A DNA stretch of 60,687 bases from Alphaproteobacteria bacterium (GTDB lineage: Bacteria; Pseudomonadota; Alphaproteobacteria; UBA8366), in assembly GCA_041557595.1 (NCBI GenBank), contig JBFFGE010000004.1:1-60687 (forward strand), written 5' to 3'. Shown piece after piece: positions 28,014 through 38,641 of the stretch; positions within the stretch are counted from its first letter, which is position 1, and each line of letters starts with the position of its first letter. The notes under the pieces were generated by a model. The model worked only from the letters and a program-made list of their open reading frames with translations, ran no database searches and was not told the origin of the DNA. A program made the position numbers and the translations under genes.

Positions 28014-28105
28014 GAGCGTCATCCCCTCGTCCATTGGGCCGCCCACGACGCATTGGCCGGCGGCTTGCTTTGAAACAATCTTCCGGCATCGGCGGGATGC
28101 GGGGT

Positions 28106-28119
28106 TTGATTCAGATCAA
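28106..28119. promoter_or_regulatory. Perfect FNR-family box (TTGAT-TCAG-ATCAA) upstream of the nar operon
   Basis: 10/10 match about 93 bp upstream of narK1; the usual position for an FNR/NarR-controlled nar promoter. Confidence 0.85.
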
Positions 28120-28317
28120 GGCGGTGGCCCGTTCCGGGGAAGATGGCGTTGCGCGATTGCGTCCCGCCGCCAATCGGCGTGGCCGCATCGGTCTTTCGGA
28201 TAGCGTACGTGCAGGATTCGGTTGCCCTTTAAACGCCGAATGGGAGCGCTAATTCGCTTGTGGCGCGTTTCGATAGGTGCTTTGAGTCCAGGGACGGCGA
28301 GTCGGTACGAATGAATA

Positions 28318-30159
28318 ATGGGTTTAATAATAAAGTACGCAGGGTTGGTGGTTCTTGCGTTGGCCGTCCTGATCGGCCCGGGTGGCGCCGTTGCCTGGGG
28401 ATCGGAAGACGGAAACGAGCCCGATGTGCCGGCGCAGGAGACGCCGCCCGCCCGCGTCGAATATGAACTATCGATTGCAGGTGTGGAGGATCGGGAATTG
28501 CGCGATCTTCTCGAAGCGGCGTCGCAACTGCGCGCGTTGCGCGACCGGCCGCCCGCAACGATCGCGGGGCTGGAACGTCGCACGCGGGACGATCTCGAGC
28601 GATTGCAGGCGGCGTTGAAATCCGAAGGATACTATGCGGCGACGCTGCGCCACGAAATCGATGCCAAGGCGCGGCCCGCGGTGGTCCGGATAAGCGTCGT
28701 TCCGGGAGAACGCTATACGATCACCGCCTTTGACGTAGACTATGTTGGGGCGGGCAAGGCGTCGCCCGGGCACCGGCCGACGCTGGAAGATCTCGAAGTT
28801 CGCCTCGGCATGCCGGCCCGCGCGCCGGTGGTCAAAACGGCGGAACGCAAGGTCCTCGCCGTACTTGCCGAACGGGGTTATCCCTATGCAAAGGTCGTGG
28901 ACCTGAAAGCCGTCGTGAATCATGCAGATCGCAAGATGACGGTCCGCATGTCGGTCGAGTCCGGGAAGCAGGCGCGGTTCGGTTCGCTCGCCATTGCCGG
29001 GCTCACCGGTGTCGAGGAAGACTATGTTCGTCGATTGGTGACCTGGGGCGAGGGCGATGTCTACGATCGCCGCTTGATCGTGAATACACGCGCCGCGCTT
29101 TCCGCAACCAACCTGTTCTCGAGTATCAAGATTTCGATTGCACCGAAACCGGACGAAAAACGGCGAGTACCCGTAACGATCGCGCTGGCGGAGCGGCCGC
29201 ACCGGTCGATCGGCGCGGGCGTCAGCTATTCGACCGACGTCGGATTTGGCGGGGAGGTTTTTTGGGAACACCGGAATATTTTTAATCGGAACGAACAGCT
29301 TCGCTTGACCGTTAAAGGCGCTCAGATTGAACAAAGCGGCAAGGCTGCGTTTCGCAAACCGGCATTTTTGTCGCGCCGGCAGGCCCTGCTCACGGAGGCG
29401 ACTGTGCTGAACCGCAAGACCGAGGCCTTCGATCAAAGAAGCGTTGCCGCGACGGTCGCGCTGGAGCGGCAGTACAGATCGTATTGGCGCGCGACTGTCG
29501 GCGTTACCGGCGGTTACGATTCTGTGAAGGACAATGAGGGAACCCGGGACTTCCAGCTATTCGGCCTGCCGATCACCGCAATGCGCAATACGATGGACGA
29601 TCCGCTCAATCCGACCCGCGGTATTCGGCTCGATCTATCGGCAACGCCCTATGTCGGCACCGGCGATGAAACGTTGACATTCGTTCGTCTGGTTGCCGGC
29701 GGCTCCACCTATCATGCGATCGACAAGGCGAAGAAATACGTGCTGGCCGGCCGGGTGCGTGTCGGGTCGCTCGTCGGCGCGGCAACCACGGATATCCCGG
29801 CTGACAAGCGCTTCTATGCGGGCGGCGGCGGCTCGGTTCGGGGCTTTGGATTTCAGGAAGTCGGGCCGCTCGATGCGGCGAACGATCCGGTCGGTGGCCG
29901 TTCCCTGGTCGAATTCAGCGGCGAGTTGCGTATTCGTCTGACCGACACGCTGGGGATCGTACCCTTCATCGACGGCGGCACCGTCTTCGATGCCTCCTAT
30001 CCCACTTTCGACGAGCCGGTTCGATGGGCCGCCGGGCTGGGATTGCGGTATTTTACCGGATTTGGTCCCTTGCGGGCCGATGTGGCGTTTCCGATCAATG
30101 GGAGAGGCGGAGTCGATAGCCGGTTCGAATTTTATATCGGCATCGGCCAGGCATTTTAG
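28318..30159 (+). CDS. tamA: Translocation and assembly module outer-membrane protein TamA (Omp85 family)
   Basis: Signal peptide, POTRA segments (SEGYY, RGYP), RFYAGGGGSVRGF, C-terminal YIGIGQAF. Confidence 0.93.
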   Translation: MGLIIKYAGLVVLALAVLIGPGGAVAWGSEDGNEPDVPAQETPPARVEYELSIAGVEDRELRDLLEAASQLRALRDRPPATIAGLERRTRDDLERLQAALKSEGYYAATLRHEIDAKARPAVVRISVVPGERYTITAFDVDYVGAGKASPGHRPTLEDLEVRLGMPARAPVVKTAERKVLAVLAERGYPYAKVVDLKAVVNHADRKMTVRMSVESGKQARFGSLAIAGLTGVEEDYVRRLVTWGEGDVYDRRLIVNTRAALSATNLFSSIKISIAPKPDEKRRVPVTIALAERPHRSIGAGVSYSTDVGFGGEVFWEHRNIFNRNEQLRLTVKGAQIEQSGKAAFRKPAFLSRRQALLTEATVLNRKTEAFDQRSVAATVALERQYRSYWRATVGVTGGYDSVKDNEGTRDFQLFGLPITAMRNTMDDPLNPTRGIRLDLSATPYVGTGDETLTFVRLVAGGSTYHAIDKAKKYVLAGRVRVGSLVGAATTDIPADKRFYAGGGGSVRGFGFQEVGPLDAANDPVGGRSLVEFSGELRIRLTDTLGIVPFIDGGTVFDASYPTFDEPVRWAAGLGLRYFTGFGPLRADVAFPINGRGGVDSRFEFYIGIGQAF

Positions 30160-30168
30160 CCAATCGTT

Positions 30169-33100
30169 ATGAAACGCATCCTCATTCGGACCGGCATCGG
30201 CGCGGCGGGAGTGGCGGGCCTCCTGATGCTGCTGTGCGCCATTTTCCTGGGCTGGGTCCAGGGCGACTCCGGCCGGGCATGGCTTGCCGGCCGGATCGCA
30301 CAGATCGCCAGCGCGCCGGGCGAGCGGGAGGTGACGGTCGGTCATCTCGGCGGAAACCTGTTCCGGCGGATAAGCCTCCGCGACGTCCGGGTGAAAGACG
30401 CGTCGGATGTTTGGCTTGCTATCCGCGCCGCAGAAATATCCTGGACCCCGGAATCCTTGTTGCGCGGCAGGCTTCATCTACGGTCAGTGCGCCTGAGCGG
30501 CGTTCGGATCGACCGACTTCCCGCATCGAGCGATGACGAACCGGGTTCCCCCTTGGCCGGTTTGCCGTCGATGCGACGCTTGCCCTCGATTACCGTGGAA
30601 GGCATTGCCGTTGACGATCTCAGCCTCGGCGCCCCGGTGCTCGGCGTTGCGGCGGTGTTGCAGATCGACGGCGCGGTAAAAAGCGACTCCGACAACAGGG
30701 TCAGCGGCACTCTGTCGGTCGACAGGCGCGATGGCCCGTTGGGCAAGTTGCGGTTAACCGCAGACTACCGAGCCGCGGATGGACACCTGGGGATCGATCT
30801 GGAGGTTGCCGAGGCGGCCGGCGGGCTGATGGCGCGGGCGTTGAATGTTCCGGCCTTGCCTGCCCTTCGCGCCAGCCTGAAAGGCGCGGCACCGCTTGCC
30901 GCATGGCGGGCGCGGTCGGAGATCGCGTTCGGCGATGTGGCATCGGCGGCCGCGGATATTGCCATTCAGTCCGGTCCCGACGTGAAGTTCCAACTTGCCG
31001 GCGACGCCAAAATCCCGCTGCAGGATCCGGCCGCGCCGCGCTCCCTGTGGTCTGGCGCGCATCGCTATAGCGTGTCCGGCCGGTACGACACGGGCGGCCT
31101 TCTCGAAATCGATGCCGCCGAGTGGGAGGGTGACGGTCTCCAACTCAAAGCGGATGGCCGCCTTAACCTCGATGACATGGCGGTCGACGCGCGCGGCACC
31201 GTGCGCAGCAAGGACGGTCGGCGCGTGCCCGACGGCCCGCCGCATGCCGGCGCCGAACAGGTCGAGTTGCAGGCGACATTGACGAAATCGCTGTTCGAAC
31301 CCGATGTCGCGCTGAAATTCGATATCGGACGCCTGGATGTGCCGGGATCGGTCTTCAGTGGCTTGACGGGTGAAATCGGTTTTCGCACGACGGAAACCCG
31401 GGACGGCCAGGTCTCGGCCGGGGCGATTGTCGGATCGGGTTCGGTCACGGCAGTGGACATCGCCGACGGACAGGAGTTGGCGGATGTTCTGCGCCGTCCG
31501 ATGAAATGGACGTTCGATGGCGCCGTCGACCTCGAAAAACCTTCGGTCGAGGTTCGAGCACTGTCCCTCGGCAACGGGATCGCCGATCTCACCGGCGCCG
31601 GAAGCTTTTCGATGGACAGCGGGACAGGGGCGGCGTCTGTGACGCTGGGCATCAAGGACCTGTTGCCGATCGGTAAGGCCTATGGCCGGCCGACCGCGGG
31701 CACCGCCGCGCTCTCTCTCAAGGGGACCATTGTGGAATTCGGCGACGTTGCCGAGGTTGCGCTTTCCGGCACCCTGTCCGGCCTCGCTCCGATGCCGCCG
31801 ATCGCGGAAAAGATGATCGCGGGCGGGCTTCGGATCGGCGGGTCGGTGTCGCTGAAATCGAACGTCGTGGCGATGCGGGATGTCTCGGTCGCATCCGATA
31901 TGGCGTCGCTCGACCTGAACGGCCGCATTCCCCTGGACGGCACGGCGGTCGATGCGACATACCAACTCAATATCAAGGCGGGCGCATTGTCGGTCCCCGA
32001 GGGAAATCTCGAAGTTCGCTGCAGCTGTACGGTAACGGGCAAGATCGCCGGCCAATTGACCGACCCGGAATCGTCTGGCGACATGACCTTGAAATCATTG
32101 GCCATGGACGGGCGCCGTCTCGACGCGCTGACGGTGCGCTACGACGTCCGCGGCCTCGTAAGCGGGCCAAAGGGACAGGTCCGCGCCGAGGCGAAATCCG
32201 ACGTTGGCCCGATCGCGCTCCGCACCGATACGCAAATGGAAAAAGATCTGCTGCGGTTGAGCGCGCTTCATTTCGAGGGCGCCGGGGCGACGCTCGACGG
32301 GGCCGTGGCGATTCCGCTTGGCGGGGCACCGATGACCGGCGATTTTCGGTTCAAGGTCGCGACGCTGCGGCCGGGCCTCAAGGTCGCCGGTGTCGAGGGA
32401 GACGGGAACGGCACCGGCCGGTTCACCCTTTCCGCCAATGCGGGACGCCAGCGCGCCGATGCGACGGTGTATTTGGCAAATTTCCGGATCGAGCCGGAGC
32501 CCGGCGGCGGGGACGTTCATGCCGAACGGGTATCCCTGACGGCCGCAAGCGACGATCTGTTCGCGGCCCGGGGCCTTTCGCTAAAGGTCGATATCGGCAA
32601 CCTGGAATCGGGAGCCGCGACATTGGAGCGGCTGTCGATCAGCGCGACGGGATCGCCGGAACGGGCCGAAATCGAACTGCAGGCCGCCGGCCGGTGGGTC
32701 GATCCGTTGACCGCACGGGCCGCATTGGTGTTCAGCGGAAAAGGCGATCGGTACGACATTCGAATGAACACATTGGCGGGTACGGCGCTCGGGCGAAAAT
32801 TCGCCCTGGGGCGGCCTTTCCGCCTGCAGTGGGACCGGCGCCGGATCGTTCTGGACGACTTTATGCTCGCATCGGATGGCGCCAGCGCGGCCGCGTCGGT
32901 CAAGCTTACCGATGGTTCCGTTGACGGCACGGTGACGATCGCGAAGTGGCCGCTTGGGTTGTTCGACCGCCTGTGGTCGTCCGGCATGGCGGGGACCTTG
33001 AACGCCACCGCCGCGATTCGCGGGACAAGAACGAAACCGCAAGGCACGCTTGCGGTCGATATTCCCAACCTTCGCCTGGCCAGCGAATCGCCGGATGCCG

Positions 33101-34551
33101 CCTTCGCCTTCGCCGTCACCGGGGATTGGCGCGCCGGACGGATGCTCCTGAAGGGCCGCTTGAGCAAGCCTGGCACGCCGGCCGCGATCCTGGATGCCGA
33201 TTTGCCGCTTCGCCTGGCGACGGACCGGTGGGGCGTGGTGCTGCAGCGGCAGGCTCCGATTGCGGCGACTGCGAAGTGGAATGGGGACATCGCGACATTG
33301 TGGAAGTTCATGCCGTTCGCCTGGCACGAACTGGCCGGGCCGGGCCGGATCGATGCGGCGGTGAGCGGCACCGTCGGGCAGCCGAAAGTGCAAGGGCGCG
33401 TGACGATCGAGAACGGGACCTATGAGAGCCTGCAACTCGGCACGGTGCTGAAATCGGTCAATCTCGCGATGGCGTTCGATGGAACCAAAGCCACGCTCAC
33501 CAAGTTTTCGGGAAACGACGGCGGTTCCGGAACGGTCGCGGCATCCGGCTTCCTGACGCTGGACCCGGTGTCACGCAATCCGTTCGAATTTGACCTGACG
33601 TTGGAGAGATTCCACGTCGCGCGGCGGGACGACCTGGAGGCCTCGGCCAGCGGCAAGATCACCGCAAAGGGCGTGCTGGACGCGGCGAAAATTACCGGAC
33701 GATTGAAGACGGATGCCGTCGAATTGCGCGTCCTCAATCAGCTGCCGCCGGAGATTGTGGATCTCGAGGTCGTCGAAGAAGGACAACGCAAGGATCGGGC
33801 GGGCGCGAAAGGCTCGCTTCCGGAGCCCCGTTTCGATCCTGTGCTCGATATCGTGGTCGAACTGCCGGGCCGCGTGTTCGTTCGGGGCCGGGGCATCGAT
33901 TCCGAATGGAAAGGCAGGCTGGCGCTTGCCGGAACGCTGCAGGATCCCAGCGTCAGCGGCACTCTGGATGTGGTGCGAGGTCAGATGTCGGTGATCGGCA
34001 AGGTCTTTCGCGTGACGAAGGGAACCGTCGTTCTTCCGGAAAGCGCTTTTGCGGAACCGGAACTTCTCCTAACCGCGACCCACGAGGGCAAGCGGCTGAC
34101 CGCGGAAGCGCATGCGGCGGGTCCCATCACGAAGCCGAAGATCACGCTCAGTTCTTCGCCCGATTTGCCGCAGGACGAGATCGTCTCGCAGATCCTGTTC
34201 AATAAGAGCGCCACCAGATTGAGCGGCGTCGAAGCCGCCCAACTGGCCCTCGCGCTGGCGCAATTGTCGGGCGCCGGCGGCGGCCCGGGTTTCCTCGATT
34301 TCGCGCGGAAGACGCTGGGAGTGGATGTTCTGCGTATCGAAACCGCCGAGACGGAGAATGGGGGGCAGCCTACCGTGGGCGCCGGGAAATACCTGACCGA
34401 AGAGGTTTATATCGGCGTCAAGCAAGGGGCGACGCCGGAATCCGGCTCGGTCGGCGTGCAGGTGGAGGTGACGCCGAACATCACGGTCGAGAGCGAGATG
34501 CGCAGAAGCGGCGAAAGCGATGTCGGCGTCCAATTCAAGCTGGACTACTGA
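30169..34551 (+). CDS. tamB: Translocation and assembly module protein TamB (DUF490)
   Basis: 1460 aa, N-terminal anchor, beta-rich repeats, VFVRGRGIDSEW, LSSSPDLPQDEI, GKYL, terminal KLDY; directly after tamA. Confidence 0.92.
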   Translation: MKRILIRTGIGAAGVAGLLMLLCAIFLGWVQGDSGRAWLAGRIAQIASAPGEREVTVGHLGGNLFRRISLRDVRVKDASDVWLAIRAAEISWTPESLLRGRLHLRSVRLSGVRIDRLPASSDDEPGSPLAGLPSMRRLPSITVEGIAVDDLSLGAPVLGVAAVLQIDGAVKSDSDNRVSGTLSVDRRDGPLGKLRLTADYRAADGHLGIDLEVAEAAGGLMARALNVPALPALRASLKGAAPLAAWRARSEIAFGDVASAAADIAIQSGPDVKFQLAGDAKIPLQDPAAPRSLWSGAHRYSVSGRYDTGGLLEIDAAEWEGDGLQLKADGRLNLDDMAVDARGTVRSKDGRRVPDGPPHAGAEQVELQATLTKSLFEPDVALKFDIGRLDVPGSVFSGLTGEIGFRTTETRDGQVSAGAIVGSGSVTAVDIADGQELADVLRRPMKWTFDGAVDLEKPSVEVRALSLGNGIADLTGAGSFSMDSGTGAASVTLGIKDLLPIGKAYGRPTAGTAALSLKGTIVEFGDVAEVALSGTLSGLAPMPPIAEKMIAGGLRIGGSVSLKSNVVAMRDVSVASDMASLDLNGRIPLDGTAVDATYQLNIKAGALSVPEGNLEVRCSCTVTGKIAGQLTDPESSGDMTLKSLAMDGRRLDALTVRYDVRGLVSGPKGQVRAEAKSDVGPIALRTDTQMEKDLLRLSALHFEGAGATLDGAVAIPLGGAPMTGDFRFKVATLRPGLKVAGVEGDGNGTGRFTLSANAGRQRADATVYLANFRIEPEPGGGDVHAERVSLTAASDDLFAARGLSLKVDIGNLESGAATLERLSISATGSPERAEIELQAAGRWVDPLTARAALVFSGKGDRYDIRMNTLAGTALGRKFALGRPFRLQWDRRRIVLDDFMLASDGASAAASVKLTDGSVDGTVTIAKWPLGLFDRLWSSGMAGTLNATAAIRGTRTKPQGTLAVDIPNLRLASESPDAAFAFAVTGDWRAGRMLLKGRLSKPGTPAAILDADLPLRLATDRWGVVLQRQAPIAATAKWNGDIATLWKFMPFAWHELAGPGRIDAAVSGTVGQPKVQGRVTIENGTYESLQLGTVLKSVNLAMAFDGTKATLTKFSGNDGGSGTVAASGFLTLDPVSRNPFEFDLTLERFHVARRDDLEASASGKITAKGVLDAAKITGRLKTDAVELRVLNQLPPEIVDLEVVEEGQRKDRAGAKGSLPEPRFDPVLDIVVELPGRVFVRGRGIDSEWKGRLALAGTLQDPSVSGTLDVVRGQMSVIGKVFRVTKGTVVLPESAFAEPELLLTATHEGKRLTAEAHAAGPITKPKITLSSSPDLPQDEIVSQILFNKSATRLSGVEAAQLALALAQLSGAGGGPGFLDFARKTLGVDVLRIETAETENGGQPTVGAGKYLTEEVYIGVKQGATPESGSVGVQVEVTPNITVESEMRRSGESDVGVQFKLDY

Positions 34552-34580
34552 ATGGCCGCCTCGGTCGAAGGCCGTGCGCG

Positions 34581-36239
34581 TCATTCATCGGTGCGGAGGC
34601 GCGAGCGCTGGACCACGGCAATCGTGACCAGCGGCAGGATAAAGGTGATCAGAGCCGCGACGATCAGTAAGCTGCCCAATTCACTATAGTCGGCGGCGCC
34701 TTCGGTTTTCCCGGTAACGGGGTCGAGTACCTCGCGGGTCACGACAAAAATCCGGTTGAGGTACTTGGTCCCCAGGCTGCTGGCGGACAGCGCCAGGTTG
34801 GTGAAGGACGCCATGACCGCGAAGAAGGTCGCCTTGAGATGCGCGGGCGCGTTCTTGGCAATCCAGGCGAGCATCGGGATCATCGAGATTTGCGCGAGCG
34901 GCGACTCCAGCGCGGTGTCGAGCAGCGCAATGAAGCGCGCGTCGACGACGCCGTTGGTCCAGCGCGCCGTCCATTCGTGCACGCCATAGAATAGTCCGAT
35001 ATTGGGGAGCGAGAGAACTCCGGCCGCGATCGTCAGCAGCAGGACGATGTGGGCAATCGACCGCTTCGCCAGAAACAGGCGGAACAGGATCATGCCGGCG
35101 AGCGCGAGCGCCGACGTAATGAGACTGAGCACGGAGAGAAACTGCTGGTCGAACGCCAGGACGTCGATTTCCCACCACGTCGCGCCGGGTCCGGGCAGCG
35201 GGGTTGCGCGAAAGACGAAAATGATCAGCGCCGTTCCCAGGAGGGCGCGCCACTCGGCGACGCCAAGCTCCCGAAACAGCCGGTGCATGAGAAAAAGGAC
35301 GATTGCCAGGGAACCGGCAAAGACCAATTCCTGCGCCAGCGGGATTTCGCTCAGCCCGGCCGTTACGGCGACCGCGACGAACGCGAGGCTGCCGCCGAAG
35401 ATCCACCAATTGGGCGTGGTCTTGCCGGCCTCGCCCTGGGTGGCGGCTGTGATCGTGGGCTCGTCGACGCCCTTGGCGCGCAGGTGGCGGGCGCGGCGTC
35501 GGACCGAAATATCGCCGAGCGCCGCGCCGAGAACGGAGATCGCGGGGATGATCAGCGCGAGCAGATATATTTGCGCATAGATTGCGGTCTTCTCGGCGGC
35601 CGACATTTCCGCGACGCCGGAAAACAGGCCGATGTTCAGGGCGGCGACGACAATCAACCCGGTCACGATTGCAACCCGGCCCAGCGTCTGCATCGTCGTG
35701 TGCATCAACTTGACCCGGTCTTCCGGAAAGCGGTCGCCATGTTCGTCGTAAAGCGGGACGGCCTCGACGGTCATGGCGTCGGCGACGACGTCCTGCACGA
35801 CATAGCCGGTCGGCGCCAGCAGTGCGCTCAGCACATACCAGGCCTCGGCGGTCATGATCTGAGTCATCGCGGCGGCATTTACGATAAGGCCATACATGAT
35901 GCCGATGCCGGACGCGATGAGCGACGCACCGATGTAAACCAGGACGGATTTCCACCGCCAAATGATATCCACGAGATGACCGAGCGGCATTTTCAGCGTC
36001 CACGGGATACCGGCCCAGAATGCAAGACCGGCCAGGAAGACCGCGGAGAGGCCAAGATGTTCCTTGATAAAGAAGGTGCCGACGATGCTGGTCAGCCCGG
36101 AAATGCCGGCCGCCAGATAGACCATCAACGGCGGCAGGTAGGCCCAGCGGAATTCCCGCCTCAACCCCATCACCGTGTCGTCGAGCCAACGTATGATCGC
36201 GGCGCCCGGCGCCCTCGCAACCGGTTTGTCGTTCACCAT
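34581..36239 (-). CDS. BT1-family (folate/biopterin-type) MFS transporter
   Basis: About 12 TM; PWTLKMPLG, QDVVADAMTVE and ATFFAVMASFTNL resemble BT1 motifs. Confidence 0.7.
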   Translation of the reverse strand: MVNDKPVARAPGAAIIRWLDDTVMGLRREFRWAYLPPLMVYLAAGISGLTSIVGTFFIKEHLGLSAVFLAGLAFWAGIPWTLKMPLGHLVDIIWRWKSVLVYIGASLIASGIGIMYGLIVNAAAMTQIMTAEAWYVLSALLAPTGYVVQDVVADAMTVEAVPLYDEHGDRFPEDRVKLMHTTMQTLGRVAIVTGLIVVAALNIGLFSGVAEMSAAEKTAIYAQIYLLALIIPAISVLGAALGDISVRRRARHLRAKGVDEPTITAATQGEAGKTTPNWWIFGGSLAFVAVAVTAGLSEIPLAQELVFAGSLAIVLFLMHRLFRELGVAEWRALLGTALIIFVFRATPLPGPGATWWEIDVLAFDQQFLSVLSLITSALALAGMILFRLFLAKRSIAHIVLLLTIAAGVLSLPNIGLFYGVHEWTARWTNGVVDARFIALLDTALESPLAQISMIPMLAWIAKNAPAHLKATFFAVMASFTNLALSASSLGTKYLNRIFVVTREVLDPVTGKTEGAADYSELGSLLIVAALITFILPLVTIAVVQRSRLRTDE

Positions 36240-36355
36240 GTTTCCCGCGGTGTCGACTGTTCAATCCCGCACAACCCTGCAATGCTGATCTCGGCTGCTC
36301 CTTCGTCGATTGGGGTTCCCGTGTCGCCAAGCATCTTCGAGGATACGCAACGGAT

Positions 36356-36997
36356 ATGCGCATGAATACGTTTAGATTGATTTTTGTCGTGCTGGCCGTT
36401 GCCGGTGGCGGCGCAATTGCGTGGGCACAGCAAACGTCCGATTGGATCGGCGAGCTGTCGAGCACGTTGCTCAACCCCTTGCCCGCCGAGCGGACTTTCG
36501 ACGTTCTGATATACGACGATACGAAAGAGAACCTTGAATTCCGGAAATATTTTCTGGGCGCGCTCCAGAAGGCCGGCCACAAAACATCGGACGACGCGGA
36601 TTTGCAATTCACCTTCGCGACGAGCATTACGTGGCAGGAAAGCCGGTTGCGCGAGCTGGAACGGAAGGAATTGCGGCGCTATCCGGTCGATCGGGAAGAA
36701 GCCAGCTTTCCGTTCGATCGGCGCGAAGACTTCCGCAACGCGCCGGTGACCAACATGTTTGGCGATCGCCGGCGAATTCCGCCCCGCATCGCATCGACGA
36801 TCACCAATACGGATCAGGACCGGCTCGATATCAGCGTCGAGCTGCGCAGCCGAAAATCCGGGAAAATTCTCTGGACTGCCGATCTGGCCTTGCCGTTCCT
36901 GACGCCGGACCGGGCGCGCATTATCGCGTCGATCACGCCGCCGGTCATCGACGCCATCGGCCGCAATGTTCGGCGGCAGCGGTTCGAGATTCAATAA
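36356..36997 (+). CDS. Exported hypothetical protein (weak resemblance to DUF4136-like folds)
   Basis: Signal peptide ending AWA-Q; C-terminal LDISVELRSRKSGKILWTA strand pattern. Confidence 0.7.
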   Translation: MRMNTFRLIFVVLAVAGGGAIAWAQQTSDWIGELSSTLLNPLPAERTFDVLIYDDTKENLEFRKYFLGALQKAGHKTSDDADLQFTFATSITWQESRLRELERKELRRYPVDREEASFPFDRREDFRNAPVTNMFGDRRRIPPRIASTITNTDQDRLDISVELRSRKSGKILWTADLALPFLTPDRARIIASITPPVIDAIGRNVRRQRFEIQ

Positions 36998-37014
36998 CGG
37001 GCCGTGTCCGGCTA

Positions 37015-38439
37015 TCAGTCGGCTGCCTCGGCGGCCGCCGCCGCGTCCGGCCACGCCGGCGCATCGCCTCCCAGCACCGGCGTCGGCCGCACCCAATGCG
37101 GCGGCGTTTCCGACAGCCTGAGAACCGGGCCGAGATGCCGCAGGGTACCCTGCGCGGGTTCGGAAACGATCCGAAGCGCGTCCAGCTCGGCATCCGATAG
37201 CCCCAGATCCGGCGCGACCGCACCGGTCTTGCCCTGACGGTAGATGAACATTCCCGATTGGCACAGCGAGACGCGGACATGATAGCTGCCCCCTTCGCGC
37301 GCGCGGCGGGCCAGCGCCAGGAGAATGCCATAGGCGCCGAGATAGCCCGTGGTGTAGTCGCAGGCCGCGGCCGGCAATAGTTTCGGCCGGTCCGGGCTTC
37401 CTTCCTGGCAGATGCCGGTCACCGTCTGGGCGACCTGTTCCCAGCCGCCGCGGTGGCTGAACGGACCATCCGCGCCGAAGCAACTGATCGAACAGCAGAC
37501 GATGCCGGGCCGGAGCTCGGCCAGCTGTTCCGGCGCGAAGCCGAGACCGGCGAGCATGCCGGGGCGGTAGCCCTGCGAAAACACGTCGGCATCGCGCACC
37601 AGATCCTTCAGGCGGGCGGCGTCCTCGGCATTCTTGAGGTCGAGATAGCAACTGCGCTTGCCATGACTGGTGTCCATCACGTGTTCCGCGATCTGCGGCA
37701 GGCCTTCGGCGGTCACCATCAGCACCTCGGCGCCGTTTTCCGCCAGGGTCCGTGCGGCGATCGGGCCGGCAAGGATTCGCGTCAGATCGAGCGCGCGGAT
37801 GCCGCTCAACGGCCGGTCGCCCTCGGGCATCGGTTCTGGGTCGCTGTCGCCGATCTTGATGATCTCGACGATGGGTTTCGCCTGCAGCACCTTGCCATGC
37901 GGATGATCGAGCCATTCCGCGTTGCTGCGCACCATGCCGCCGCAGGCGCGCGCCTCGTCGATCGCCGCTTCGAGGTCGAGCGCATCCCATTGCGCTACCG
38001 CCTTCGCGACGGAGTCGGGGTTGGGTTCGCAGCCAAGGACCTTCAGCACCCGCGCCTGCAGGTTCGGCAGGCCGAAATGCGGCAGGAACCAGCGGCCGTC
38101 CTTGGTCGGCCAGGGCTGGGTGATTTGGATCATCTTCTCGTGGTTCTCGTTCACGACGGGATGGAATTCGCCGTCCTGCCCCATCTTTTGCATGTAGCGC
38201 GTGCTGCCCAGCGCGGCGGCGGCCCGGCGTATATCGATCGCCGCGGTCTGCCGGCGCCCGGTCTTGAGTTCCCAGATGTCGGAAACGGCGGTGCCGATTC
38301 CCGCCAACACGGCGGCGCAGGTCTCGCCGATCTTGAAGCGCGTGGAAAAAACCGGATCGGCGCCGGTAATCTCGACTTCGCCGTCTCCCGGCAGGCCTTT
38401 GCCCCGAATATCCATGACTTCTTCGAATGCGGTCATCAT
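37015..38439 (-). CDS. Family III CoA-transferase (CaiB/BaiF), long form
   Basis: PLSGIRALDLTRILAGP, HGKRSCYLDLK, ADVFSQGYRPG, catalytic-Asp region AAACDYTTG. Confidence 0.9.
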   Translation of the reverse strand: MMTAFEEVMDIRGKGLPGDGEVEITGADPVFSTRFKIGETCAAVLAGIGTAVSDIWELKTGRRQTAAIDIRRAAAALGSTRYMQKMGQDGEFHPVVNENHEKMIQITQPWPTKDGRWFLPHFGLPNLQARVLKVLGCEPNPDSVAKAVAQWDALDLEAAIDEARACGGMVRSNAEWLDHPHGKVLQAKPIVEIIKIGDSDPEPMPEGDRPLSGIRALDLTRILAGPIAARTLAENGAEVLMVTAEGLPQIAEHVMDTSHGKRSCYLDLKNAEDAARLKDLVRDADVFSQGYRPGMLAGLGFAPEQLAELRPGIVCCSISCFGADGPFSHRGGWEQVAQTVTGICQEGSPDRPKLLPAAACDYTTGYLGAYGILLALARRAREGGSYHVRVSLCQSGMFIYRQGKTGAVAPDLGLSDAELDALRIVSEPAQGTLRHLGPVLRLSETPPHWVRPTPVLGGDAPAWPDAAAAAEAAD

Positions 38440-38641
38440 CCCTTCATCCTCCCGGAATTCTCAATCGTCGCTGTTTCGGTTCCATCGCGAATTGTCCACG
38501 CGTCAACGCTACCAGCCGAATGGTGGGTCGACAATGTGCCGGACAAAGCCCCGCCCTTCGCGCGCCGGATCGGGAAGCCGTGGACCCGCCGGACCCTACC
38601 GCATACCGTAGGCGCAAAGATGTACTCTGAAGGATGCACCG

